A stretch of 44,853 bases of DNA from Candidatus Saccharimonadota bacterium (GCA_016178135.1 JACOTW010000010.1:1-44853), one strand, 5' to 3'. Positions 12,621 through 21,455 are shown, counted from the stretch's first letter. The notes: generated from the letters alone by a model not told the origin. Made by a program: numbers and translations.

Positions 12621-13118
12621 ATGTCAGAAGTAGAACAAGGACAACGAGCCCCTCTTGATCCCAATATGGGTTTGGGAGAGTTTTTAACTTCTATGCAGCT
12701 ATTGGCGGGAGTTCCTCAGAGAGCTTTCTCTGAGGAGTTTCAGGTAAGTCAACAAAGTGTGTCCAGATGGATGAAAGGGACAAGCACCCCAGCATTTGAT
12801 TCGGACAACACTCTACATATTAAAAAGACGTTTGGTCTTACTGACGAGGAACTTAGAGGTCTAATAGCTAACAATGCCCCTTGGGAACGTCCCGATACAA
12901 CGTCAGTGTCATCTGCCTCAACAAACGCAAGGCGAAGACTAGGCGTTTCTCTACTATCACGACCAGAAGAAAATATACCCAATAGGTCTTATGCCGCTCA
13001 AATGCTCGGAGCTTTCGTCGTAAGGGCTGAAAATGGTCCGCCTCTCAACGAGGTTGAAGCTAATTTGATTAGGTTTCTTGTTCAAACTGAGATTGAAGCT
13101 CCAACTCCTAGAGACTAA
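12621..13118 (+). CDS. XRE-family helix-turn-helix protein
   Basis: QRAFSEEFQVSQQSVSRWMKGTSTP HTH pattern. Confidence 0.7.
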   Translation: MSEVEQGQRAPLDPNMGLGEFLTSMQLLAGVPQRAFSEEFQVSQQSVSRWMKGTSTPAFDSDNTLHIKKTFGLTDEELRGLIANNAPWERPDTTSVSSASTNARRRLGVSLLSRPEENIPNRSYAAQMLGAFVVRAENGPPLNEVEANLIRFLVQTEIEAPTPRD

Positions 13119-13273
13119 CATCCTGCTATTTGGGTGTCGCACAAATACCGATTGCACGACATACCTTAACAGAGGTAGACTCTGATATTTAGCGACACAT
13201 GTTCTTGTCAAGTGCTTGGTTATTTTTCGCCGACCCCTGTTATTTTATATATTATGCAATACTCGGTTTTGAG

Positions 13274-13921
13274 CTAGGTTTCAATAAAATAATGCTGTGC
13301 AGAAGCTACATATTCTTCAAATGGCATAGTAGAAATATCAAAGAATGGGAAGCCCAACCGCTCAGCTTCGGCTTTTAGCTCTGTACACTTCTCGGCTTGT
13401 CTTGCGACCCACTCTCGTATTTTGGTTTCATCACCGCCATCTTTCTCTAACCATACATTTATCCAGTCGTGGGGATTTGCTTTTGCATATTCTAATACTT
13501 GGTCAGCGTGAGAGGGGTTAGTAAAGCCTACGAAAGCAGCTCTTATCGTGAAGTCAGCAACTTTCAAATTCTTAACCCATTCAGGCGTAAAGGCAGCACC
13601 TTCAAAAGCAACAGATTCTTTATTTCGGCGGTAATAATCTAGCATACCTACAACTGCCTGTAGTGTTAACTGTGATTCAGTGCCTTTATTTGAGAATGGC
13701 TTCCTTTCGCCACCCTCTGTAAACGAGGTTTTCCATTCCGCACTACCAGCAAGCTCAATATCACGAAGCATTTGGTGAGGGTCGCCTGTAAGCACATTAC
13801 GGATACCGTGTTCTACGGCATCAGCAGCGATAAAGGCTATACCTTTTTCTTTAGCCAAACCAGACATAATGGTTGTCTTGGCTGTTCTTGGTGGTCCACC
13901 GAGTAAGTAAAGAGTGTTCAT
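13274..13921 (-). CDS. P-loop NTPase/kinase-like protein
   Basis: N-terminal LYLLGGPPRTAKTT Walker A variant. Confidence 0.7.
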   Translation of the reverse strand: MNTLYLLGGPPRTAKTTIMSGLAKEKGIAFIAADAVEHGIRNVLTGDPHQMLRDIELAGSAEWKTSFTEGGERKPFSNKGTESQLTLQAVVGMLDYYRRNKESVAFEGAAFTPEWVKNLKVADFTIRAAFVGFTNPSHADQVLEYAKANPHDWINVWLEKDGGDETKIREWVARQAEKCTELKAEAERLGFPFFDISTMPFEEYVASAQHYFIET

Positions 13922-13952
13922 AAGCTAACTATAGCATTCCTTGTATCTGATA

Positions 13953-13974
13953 GGGGAGGTTTTGACACCTCCCC
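13953..13974. terminator. GC-rich hairpin between the hydrolase and kinase genes
   Basis: GGGGAGGT-TTTGAC-ACCTCCCC. Confidence 0.45.
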
Positions 13975-14027
13975 ATACCGTTCTAGTATCAGCTCTTGAG
14001 CGTCATAGTTAATTTCCTTTCTTAGCT

Positions 14028-14807
14028 TTAAGCTTTCTTTTCTTTAATCCACCGTGCAGTCGTTTCGTATAGTCGTTCCATAGCTCCATCTTCTGTAAAC
14101 GGATGGGATGCATCAGGAATAACTATGTGTTCTGTTTCTGCGTTAATGTTGTTGGTATAGTCTTTTCCAAAACGCTTCATAACCTCACCACTATTAGCTG
14201 CATTTACGACAAGCGTATCAATCGTGAAGTTCTTAGCCATCTCCGTACTGCCTGGTGCATAGCCTTCAAAGACCTTACGGGACAGTACGTAGCCTGATCC
14301 ATTCGCTGAAACGTATGAATCAAGTTCTTTAATGTACATGAAGTCGTTCTCTAGATTCTTTTTCGCTTGGGGTTCATCATAGCCATCCGTATGGCTTGCG
14401 TCCCATAAAACAGCAGCGTCAAACGCTTGTTTTGCGGAGTATACAATCGCCAAACCACTATAACTATGACCTACAACACAAACCCACTCCGAACCTTGTT
14501 CTTTGACGTAATCAACAATCGTATCAATATCTGCTGCATTGGTTTTTACACCAAAGTCGCCAATGTTACGTTGCTTTGTATCGTCACCGTAAAAGCTCAC
14601 TCTTAAAGTCGCAATCCCTTGATCTTCAAAGAAACGGGATGCGTTAAAAAGCAGTAGGTCGTGCATCCAACCACCCAAACCAGGAGCTAGAACTGCTAGT
14701 GGAGAGCTGTAGTCGCCACGCAGTACACCATGTATTTCTAATCCACTGTCAGGGATAGGAATATGCACTTCTGTTTCGTGCATAGCTTCCAAACTAATCT
14801 TTTCCAT
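14028..14807 (-). CDS. Alpha/beta hydrolase
   Basis: APGLGG, GHSYSG, C-terminal ASHPF. Confidence 0.85.
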   Translation of the reverse strand: MEKISLEAMHETEVHIPIPDSGLEIHGVLRGDYSSPLAVLAPGLGGWMHDLLLFNASRFFEDQGIATLRVSFYGDDTKQRNIGDFGVKTNAADIDTIVDYVKEQGSEWVCVVGHSYSGLAIVYSAKQAFDAAVLWDASHTDGYDEPQAKKNLENDFMYIKELDSYVSANGSGYVLSRKVFEGYAPGSTEMAKNFTIDTLVVNAANSGEVMKRFGKDYTNNINAETEHIVIPDASHPFTEDGAMERLYETTARWIKEKKA

Positions 14808-15256
14808 ATCAAACTCCTATAAAAAACCGAACAGTAATGACTTGCTCAATCATACACCTGCTCGGTTTTTTGAAGTTTGTTAGTTACTAAGACACACTAA
14901 AAAGTCGCAGAGAATGTATGACTGTTTTAGCTGATTTCGTAAAGTAACATAATTGTTAATCATAATAACACCATATAATGCTAATGTCAATTATTTTCCG
15001 CTTGTACTTTTCTAATAACAGGGACAAACAGCATAGCCTCACAATACCTCAACATAAACCCTAGAGCTTGTCCAAAGCTCTTAGAATGCGTCACAGAGCG
15101 TGTTTCGGTTGGGGTTCTCTTTCATTACTTGCACTTTGAAATTACAGTCCTTCTATTAACGAGATTTTTCCTGAATTTTTTACCTGATAACGTCATTTAT
15201 TCGTTTATTTACCAGACACTAAATCTATTAAAAACGTTGCAAAATCAATGGAGTTT

Positions 15257-15487
15257 CTAGAAATATGTACTGTAACTAAATACTACTTTATTTCGGTTTT
15301 CTTTTGCGGCTTGCATCTTCTCTGCAAACACTTCATTACTCATATAAGAATAATAAGTCGTAAGGCTAATCCCAGCATAACGACAGGCTTCGCTGATTGT
15401 ACTGTTGTGCTGCAAAGCATCAGTTAATCTAAGCATTGTCTTATAGGTGACCTTTGGTTTTCTGCCTACAGCTTTTTTTATTTCCAT
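15257..15487 (-). CDS. Small HTH protein, phage terminase-small-subunit-like
   Basis: GRKPKVT..TISEACRYAGISLTTYY; family assignment from pattern only. Confidence 0.5.
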   Translation of the reverse strand: MEIKKAVGRKPKVTYKTMLRLTDALQHNSTISEACRYAGISLTTYYSYMSNEVFAEKMQAAKENRNKVVFSYSTYF

Positions 15488-15631
15488 TTCGACTCCTTTG
15501 TTTCCGGTGTTACCTCTATTCTAATTATACAAAATTAGTATAACCATAAGATATACTACCCAGGCTTTGTGAACACCCAGATTAGCCTGTTCTACCAAAG
15601 TTTCCTGGCCTTACAGGGCCGTCATGTCCAG

Positions 15632-15654
15632 ATTGGTGGGCGAGAGAGGACTTG
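15632..15654 (-). repeat. Duplicated 3' end of tRNA-Leu(GAG), att-like
   Basis: ATTGGTGGGCGAGAGAGGACTTG vs ATTGGTGCGCGAGAGAGGACTTG at the tRNA 3' end (1 mismatch). Confidence 0.75.
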
Positions 15655-15794
15655 TACCCATTATGCGTTTCTTTGGATAAATCCTCCAGAAACGGCCAAG
15701 CAAGGAAAACTCAAACAGCCGCCCAGGCTGTTTTCGACCCACGGTTCAAGTCTTAAGCCAATTTAAAAACCCAACATGAGTTGGGTTCTAAAAT

Positions 15795-15878
15795 TGGTGC
15801 GCGAGAGAGGACTTGAACCTCCACGCCTTACGGCACTTGCCCCTCAGACAAGCGTGTCTACCATTCCACCACTCGCGC
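15795..15878 (-). tRNA. tRNA-Leu(GAG)
   Basis: Cloverleaf, anticodon loop CTGAGGG, long variable arm, CCA. Confidence 0.92.
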
Positions 15879-15944
15879 GTGAGTTTTTTTAGTATATCAC
15901 TTTGTCTTAAAAAAGATGGAGTGGTATACTCAATCAGTTATTTG

Positions 15945-16021
15945 GGGTGATTAGCTCAGTTGGCTAGAGCATCTCGTTTACACCGAGAGGGTCGGGGGTT
16001 CGAGTCCCTCATCACCCACCA
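15945..16021 (+). tRNA. tRNA-Val(TAC)
   Basis: GGGTGAT..ATCACCC-A-CCA, anticodon loop TTTACAC. Confidence 0.95.
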
Positions 16022-16114
16022 AGTTCACTTGAGAATTTGCCGAGCACCGCAGGGAAAAGGCCGAAGGCCGCTGTCTGGGAGATCTTCCAGATCGAATATT
16101 TACAGTATAATCAA

Positions 16115-16160
16115 TAGTTGTGGCTCTTTAGCTCAGTTCGCAAACGCAGAGGCTTGAAGA
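16115..16160 (+). pseudogene. Partial duplicate of the 5' half of tRNA-Phe
   Basis: TAGTTGTGGCTCTTTAGCTCAGTT identical to 16243-16266, then GCAGAGGCTTGAAGA; no 3' half. Confidence 0.7.
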
Positions 16161-16249
16161 TGCCGGGGGGCGTAGCCGGTAAATAATATTAGTCCCCTTG
16201 GGACACGAGGTTCTTTAACAAATCGTGCGGTGGTAGAATAAGTAGTTGT

Positions 16250-16325
16250 GGCTCTTTAGCTCAGTTGGTAGAGCAGAGGCTTGAAGAGCCTTGTGTCCCC
16301 AGTTCGAGTCTGGGAGGAGCCACCA
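16250..16325 (+). tRNA. tRNA-Phe(GAA)
   Basis: Cloverleaf, anticodon GAA, TTCGAGT T-loop, CCA. Confidence 0.95.
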
Positions 16326-16326
16326 T

Positions 16327-16385
16327 TCGACTCACTGCGTTCGCTCGTGGTAAACCACTCAAGGAGCTCGTGGTAAACCACTCAA
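16327..16385. repeat. Left REP-like arm of the GIY-YIG cassette, with 20-bp direct duplication
   Basis: TCGACTCACTGCGTTCGCTCGTGGTAAACCAC; GCTCGTGGTAAACCACTCAA at 16343-16362 and 16366-16385. Confidence 0.7.
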
Positions 16386-16423
16386 ACAAAAGCTTATAAC
16401 AACTTAAAAAGTAGACCATAAGC

Positions 16424-16687
16424 ATGAAAAGCTGGTATTTATATATAGCTCAGGCTCGAACTGGCCGTTTTTATACCGGCATAACTGTAGATACACAAGC
16501 GAGACTTGATATGCATAATTCAGGGAAAGGCTCAAGATTTGCAGTTCAACAAGGTCCTTTTGTGCTTGTTTATGTATCGCAACCGCTTGAATCAAGTATT
16601 GAAGCCAGAAAACTAGAGATAACTGTTAAGTCTTGGTCTCAGAAAAAGAAAAAAATGTTAATCAACGGAGAGTGGAGTTTGCTATAA
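16424..16687 (+). CDS. GIY-YIG nuclease family protein (UPF0213-like)
   Basis: WYLYI..FYTGIT..RL..HNSGKG..ARKLE..VK. Confidence 0.88.
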   Translation: MKSWYLYIAQARTGRFYTGITVDTQARLDMHNSGKGSRFAVQQGPFVLVYVSQPLESSIEARKLEITVKSWSQKKKKMLINGEWSLL

Positions 16688-16737
16688 TCTATCAGTATTC
16701 GTTCATAAGGTGGTTTACAGCTAACAAGTAAAAATTA

Positions 16738-16769
16738 GCGGTTTACCGCGAGCGAGCGAAGCGAGACGA
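16738..16769. repeat. Right REP-like arm of the GIY-YIG cassette
   Basis: Reverse complement matches 16327-16358 at 26/32 positions. Confidence 0.7.
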
Positions 16770-16845
16770 GCGGGTGTAGCTCAGTTGATAGAGCGCTTCC
16801 TTGCCAAGGAAGAGGCCAGGAGTTTGAGTCTCCTCACCCGCACCA
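16770..16845 (+). tRNA. tRNA-Gly(GCC)
   Basis: GCGGGTG..CACCCGC-A-CCA, anticodon loop TTGCCAA. Confidence 0.95.
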
Positions 16846-17050
16846 AACAAAAGATCCAGCCGTTGGCTGCTAGAGAAGACTGACCCCTAGAATCACTAAA
16901 AGAAGATCTTGCTGATCAATAAAATGAATAACTGGTATTTTACAACACCTTATAAGGATGAACCTTATAATTCATTTGAGACCCAATCAAGGCCTTATTC
17001 ATTTTTGAGCACGTCTTGCAACCCATATAATAGTATGTATAATAATATGT

Positions 17051-17323
17051 ATGGACTTTGAGTGGAACGATGGCAAGAATGCTGAAAATATGAGCAAGCA
17101 CGGCTTATCGTTCTACAAAGCCCAGGAAGCCTTCTTTGATGAAAACAGGGTAATTTTACTCGATAAAGGCCATTCATCAATAGAGAAACGGTACTTTTGT
17201 ATTGGCAAAATTGGCAACGGTGGTATCGCTACCGTTAGATTTACTATAAGAAGTGGCCATATTCGCATCATTGGTGCTGGGTACTGGCGGAAAGGAAAGA
17301 AAATATATGAGCAACACAATTAA
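17051..17323 (+). CDS. brnT: BrnT family toxin (type II TA)
   Basis: MDFEWNDGKNAENMSKHGLSF..D.GHS..EKRYFCIG..IRIIGA. Confidence 0.88.
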   Translation: MDFEWNDGKNAENMSKHGLSFYKAQEAFFDENRVILLDKGHSSIEKRYFCIGKIGNGGIATVRFTIRSGHIRIIGAGYWRKGKKIYEQHN

Positions 17324-17561
17324 CTATACTGATGCGCCCTCAGACATAGAACAAGCCCTGGAAAGAGCTGTCGTCGTTAGCGATTTGCTGCCATCTCCGA
17401 GTGAGCTGGTCAGTAAAGGCGAGAAAGAAAAAATCACTATAGCCGTAGACAAACACAGCCTAGACCTTTTCAAGAAATATGCCAAAAGGCACAATACTAA
17501 ATACCAGCCTATGATTAACGGCGTACTCAGCTCTTACGCAGATAAATTTCTGAACAAATAA
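17307..17561 (+). CDS. BrnA/CopG-like antitoxin
   Basis: Overlaps the toxin end; KITIAVD..LDLFKKYA..KYQPMINGVL RHH-like; start at MSNTINY. Confidence 0.8.
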   Translation: MSNTINYTDAPSDIEQALERAVVVSDLLPSPSELVSKGEKEKITIAVDKHSLDLFKKYAKRHNTKYQPMINGVLSSYADKFLNK

Positions 17562-17616
17562 GCGACAATATCGCCGTGAAGATGTAATGAAGTTATTAAA
17601 AAAGAAAGGTATGTAA

Positions 17617-18558
17617 ATGAAAGCATTTATATTTGATCCGCTTTGGGAAGAGCTAGTAACTGATGAGTTGCTCGATAAGCTAAAAGCGAGCAACGTTGAA
17701 CCTATAGTTACAACAAAAATTGCACCGCTAAGCGAGTGTACTGCCTTATTCGAGGGCGATGACGAACGGATAATTTGCGTCAATCCCGATTATGTTAGTT
17801 GGAAACTCAAGTCTGATGACTACAAAGGCATTCCAAATCTAAAGGCAATACTTGGTGCAGCAACCTCTTTTTCTTGGATTGATGAAAGCTATGCAAATGA
17901 AAACGGCATAACTATTGCAAATGTCCGCAGTTTCTCAACACAAGCCGTTGCAGAATGGGCTGTGGCAATGCTGTTCAATGTTGCACGACAAGTGCCGAGG
18001 TTAATAAAAGACGGCTTTCCATTAGATTTTGATAAAGACTTTATGAAATATAGAGGTGTGGAACTACACGGCAAAACTGTCGGTATCATCGGTCTTGGTA
18101 ATATCGGTAGTGCAATAGCAAAACGATGTATTGGGCTTGGTATGAACGTAACTTACTGGTCAAAATCGCCAAAAGAAAGCGACTATAAGTACGCAGAGTT
18201 AGCCGAACTTTTTGCAAAATCAGACGTTATTTTCCCAACGATGGCACTCAACAATGAAACCAAAAACCTTATAACGCCTGAGCTACTCAAGTCAATGAAA
18301 GTATCTGCTATGTTTATCAGTGTCGTTCACGAGCTTTTTGATGAACAGCTTATTCTGAGTATGGTAAAAGACCGCAAACTCTTCGGGTTTGGCTATGAGG
18401 CTAGTCCAGCTACTTTCAGCGGACACGAGGGCAACGTGTGGGCTGCACCTGCCTATGCTTGGGTTACGGATGGTTCAATGAATAATGTGATGACAAAATG
18501 GGTTGAAAATATGGTGGATGCAGCTAATGGAAAGTTCCCGAATAAGGTAAACCAATGA
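17617..18558 (+). CDS. D-isomer-specific 2-hydroxyacid dehydrogenase family protein
   Basis: GKTVGIIGLGNIG Rossmann motif, AVAEW, NNETKNLI. Confidence 0.85.
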   Translation: MKAFIFDPLWEELVTDELLDKLKASNVEPIVTTKIAPLSECTALFEGDDERIICVNPDYVSWKLKSDDYKGIPNLKAILGAATSFSWIDESYANENGITIANVRSFSTQAVAEWAVAMLFNVARQVPRLIKDGFPLDFDKDFMKYRGVELHGKTVGIIGLGNIGSAIAKRCIGLGMNVTYWSKSPKESDYKYAELAELFAKSDVIFPTMALNNETKNLITPELLKSMKVSAMFISVVHELFDEQLILSMVKDRKLFGFGYEASPATFSGHEGNVWAAPAYAWVTDGSMNNVMTKWVENMVDAANGKFPNKVNQ

Positions 18559-18562
18559 AAAC

Positions 18563-18701
18563 TATAGTCCCCGCAAAACAAATTCGTGGGTTTTTGAAGC
18601 AATGATCTTTGAGCCAAAAACTGACTTTTCCGAGAGAGACATATCCTTAGATACGTTGAACGAGGAAAGGCGGTTTTGGGCCAAAGAGGGTGATTCGAAA
18701 A
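18563..18701. mobile_element. Family B MITE, truncated at one end
   Basis: Near-identical to 6641-6780; second terminal repeat absent. Confidence 0.88.
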
Positions 18702-18828
18702 CACTTAGTGTTGCGCCAAAACTGCCCGATGCCCGAGTAGCTCGTAGCTGAATATCTGGCTTTCGATATAGTCTTTGAACTTTTTACTGATTCTAGAGTT
18801 CTTTCAATTAAATATTTGATACGATTTT

Positions 18829-19071
18829 TTAGGCAGCTTTTTGTTCTAGGTGAGAGATGCGGGTTTCGTGATCTTTTAACTGTGAATCTGTGGTTTCGTT
18901 TGAACTTTCCAACGCTTCCGCAACGGATTCAGAAAGATCATCAATTTTGGCGCTCAATTTATCATCTAGGTTTTTAATATCAGATTTAATGCCAGATTTA
19001 ATATCAGAAGTATGTTGAGACACCGTTGCTGCGATAAATTGCTTTAAGTCTTGAATCGTATCTTCATCCAT
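18829..19071 (-). CDS. Small coiled-coil hypothetical protein
   Basis: Heptad-like sequence ending DHETRISHLEQKAA. Confidence 0.65.
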   Translation of the reverse strand: MDEDTIQDLKQFIAATVSQHTSDIKSGIKSDIKNLDDKLSAKIDDLSESVAEALESSNETTDSQLKDHETRISHLEQKAA

Positions 19072-19104
19072 AAATCTATTTTAGCATAAAATAGTGTGGT
19101 CTAG

Positions 19105-19164
19105 GTGGGGCGTGGCCAGTTGTTTGATTTTGAAGAGGCCACGAATTATGTCACCCGCACCAAA
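19105..19164 (+). pseudogene. Degenerate tRNA-Gly remnant / attR
   Basis: GAAGAGGCCA (19133-19142) and TCACCCGCACCAAA (19151-19164) match tRNA-Gly(GCC) 3' part. Confidence 0.65.
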
Positions 19165-19178
19165 AATGGAGCAAAATC

Positions 19179-19203
19179 GGACACTTCGGTGTCCTTTTTC
19201 TTT
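19179..19203 (+). terminator. Rho-independent terminator
   Basis: GGACAC-TTCG-GTGTCC followed by a T-tract. Confidence 0.75.
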
Positions 19204-19239
19204 CCCGCCAATCTGTAAAGTAGAGCCAGGAGCCGATAA

Positions 19240-19320
19240 TTTTTGTTCCAATTGAGTTAAAGCTGACAAAGCGTAACACCTGTTACGGTGCGAAAGCTTT
19301 GACTCAATTTGGGGCAAAAA
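19240..19320. repeat. About 80-bp imperfect palindrome
   Basis: TTTTGTTCCAATTGAGTTAAAGCT ... CGTAACA-CC-TGTTACG ... AGCTTTGACTCAATTTGGGGCAAAA. Confidence 0.7.
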
Positions 19321-19372
19321 GGGCGGTTTCTGGACTACGGAGTTATTTTGCAAGAGTTTAGTAGCCAGTCAT

Positions 19373-21010
19373 TTAACTTCGAGGCATGTGGTCATAAAGA
19401 TGATCCATCGAATATTCATTACGTAGCAGTGGCTTAATATCATCGATAGTAACATTAACTTTTACGCCCGGATTTAAGATACCGTATGGGTCAAAGATTT
19501 GCTTTACTTTCTGAAACAAAGCATACATGTCTTCGCCATATAACTGGGATAAATAAGGGGCTCTTAGGCGGCCGTCATTATCTTCCCCGCTCGTACTGCC
19601 TCCTAGGCTAATTACCATCGTATAGTAATCGTCTAGTAGCTTGAATACTTTTTGCCTGTCGCCAACTTGGCTAAGATCAAAGAAAGGTTGTATATGCAAA
19701 TTAGCACTGCCAGCATGACCCCAAACTGCAGGTTTTAGATTGTATCTATCAAAGATTTCGTATATTGCCTGTAGGTATTCGTTGAATTTATCTACCGGAA
19801 CAACGCCATCTTCGATAATCGGCAGAGCTTTGGCCATTCCCTCCGCGTGAGTTAATAGAGCCGCAGTACTGTGTCGAATCTTCCATAGATCTTCTTTTTT
19901 ATTTGGTTCTGTTTGAATTTGAAAATTAACCTGATAACGCTTTAATATCTTGCTTGTTTTTTTGGCCATACGCTTTTGGCTACGATCGTTTGCATTATCA
20001 AATTCTATAAGCAAAACCAGTTTTGGAAAAGGAGCGTCAATGATACCTTTCAATTGATTAGGATTATTTTCTTGGATAAAGTTAAGTAAATGCTCGTCAA
20101 CAACCTCAATTGCACTCGGAACTTCCGATAAATTGCGTAGCTCGGCAATAATTTGCTCGGCAACTTGCGTATCATCACAAAAAGCCGCTATAAGGGTCGA
20201 CTCTGCACTATGAACTTGAGTTTTTATGGTTGCCTCTGTTACGATTCCTAACGTACCTTGAGAGCCAACAATAAGTGGCGTCAGGTCAAATGATCCATCC
20301 TTACGCTTCACATCAGCCAGCGCATAACCAGCAGTGTTTTTTGTTACGTTCAACTGTGCTTGTTCAAGGATTTCGGTACTTTCATCAAGAATAGTGTCTA
20401 GATTGCGATATATTTCACCTTCAAACGTAGCAAGCCCAAGTTTTTTATTGAGCTCTCGTTTACTCAATCGTTTTGTTTCAATAACTTCGCCATTGGCCAA
20501 AACAACACGTAAACTTTTGACATAATCGCGAGTCGCACCATATTTGACACTCTTTTCACCGCTCGCGTTATTGGCAATAGCACCACCAATCGTACTATAT
20601 TCAATCGAGGCCGGAAAAGGTGGCAAAAAACGGTTATGAGTATGTAGTGTTTGCTGGAGTTTGCCATAGTTGATCCCCGGCTCAACTACAACACTGCCAG
20701 TTTTAGAATCAAGCTCAAGAACACGATTCATGTGGGCCGGAAAAACCAGCATAACCCCGTAGCCCAGTGCTGCGCCGCCTTGATCTGTTCCAGCTCCGCG
20801 CGCAGTTATAGGAATTACCCGTCCACGTTCTGCCAGTTGCCAACTAAAACGAGCGGTTTTACGAACATCGTTTTCGTTCCGAGGATAAACTACAATTGAA
20901 GGCATGATCTGAAAAATACTATTGTCAGTTGAAAAATACTTGCGGGCATCCGAACTTGTCGTTACTTCGCCCACCAAATGTTCCTGCAGGTAGTATGCAA
21001 TCTTGCTCAT
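19373..21010 (-). CDS. FAD-linked oxidase (GlcD/D-lactate dehydrogenase-like)
   Basis: RGAGTDQGG, STIGGAIANNASG, GSQGTLGIVT, GHAGSANLH, FDPYGILNPG. Confidence 0.88.
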   Translation of the reverse strand: MSKIAYYLQEHLVGEVTTSSDARKYFSTDNSIFQIMPSIVVYPRNENDVRKTARFSWQLAERGRVIPITARGAGTDQGGAALGYGVMLVFPAHMNRVLELDSKTGSVVVEPGINYGKLQQTLHTHNRFLPPFPASIEYSTIGGAIANNASGEKSVKYGATRDYVKSLRVVLANGEVIETKRLSKRELNKKLGLATFEGEIYRNLDTILDESTEILEQAQLNVTKNTAGYALADVKRKDGSFDLTPLIVGSQGTLGIVTEATIKTQVHSAESTLIAAFCDDTQVAEQIIAELRNLSEVPSAIEVVDEHLLNFIQENNPNQLKGIIDAPFPKLVLLIEFDNANDRSQKRMAKKTSKILKRYQVNFQIQTEPNKKEDLWKIRHSTAALLTHAEGMAKALPIIEDGVVPVDKFNEYLQAIYEIFDRYNLKPAVWGHAGSANLHIQPFFDLSQVGDRQKVFKLLDDYYTMVISLGGSTSGEDNDGRLRAPYLSQLYGEDMYALFQKVKQIFDPYGILNPGVKVNVTIDDIKPLLRNEYSMDHLYDHMPRS

Positions 21011-21174
21011 AGATAAAATCAATCCCCCTTGTTTCGTGAAAGCTTTAGCGTCTTCTCAAGATATAATACCACATTGAAAGTGAAAGATTGAGGATCCTAG
21101 CTGGAACAAACGGCGGGGCTAGTCATTCTCTCATTCAGCTTTTTGTAAGAAAGCAGGTTCGAGCCTTGTTGTTT

Positions 21175-21261
21175 TGGTGGGGATGAGAGGACTTGAACCT
21201 CCACGAGATTACTCTCACTAGCTCCTGAAGCTAGCGCGTCTACCAATTCCGCCACATCCCC
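21175..21261 (-). tRNA. tRNA-Leu(CAG)
   Basis: Cloverleaf, anticodon loop TTCAGGA, long variable arm, CCA. Confidence 0.93.
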
Positions 21262-21293
21262 ATAGTAATGATTATAAGGTTCAAGAAATAAAT

Positions 21294-21455
21294 TGAAAGG
21301 ACTTGGTCACGTTCCGCGACCCCGAAACTTCACTATTGGCAACAAGTTGCCATCGGAAGGTTTCCTTGCGAAGTGCCACAGGCACTTCTCACCTCCACGA
21401 GATTGCTCTCACTAGCTCCTGAAGCTAGCGCGTCTACCAATTCCGCCACATCCCC
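21294..21455 (-). pseudogene. Second tRNA-Leu(CAG) copy with an 85-nt hairpin insert in the T-loop and decayed 3' acceptor strand
   Basis: 21391-21457 matches 21197-21263 with 1 mismatch; T-arm remnant TGAAAGGACTTG at 21294-21305. Confidence 0.75.

Noticed and set aside
21306-21390. Functional tRNA intron in the second tRNA-Leu(CAG) copy
   Set aside because: The 3' acceptor strand and CCA of this copy are decayed, so splicing would not give a tRNA.
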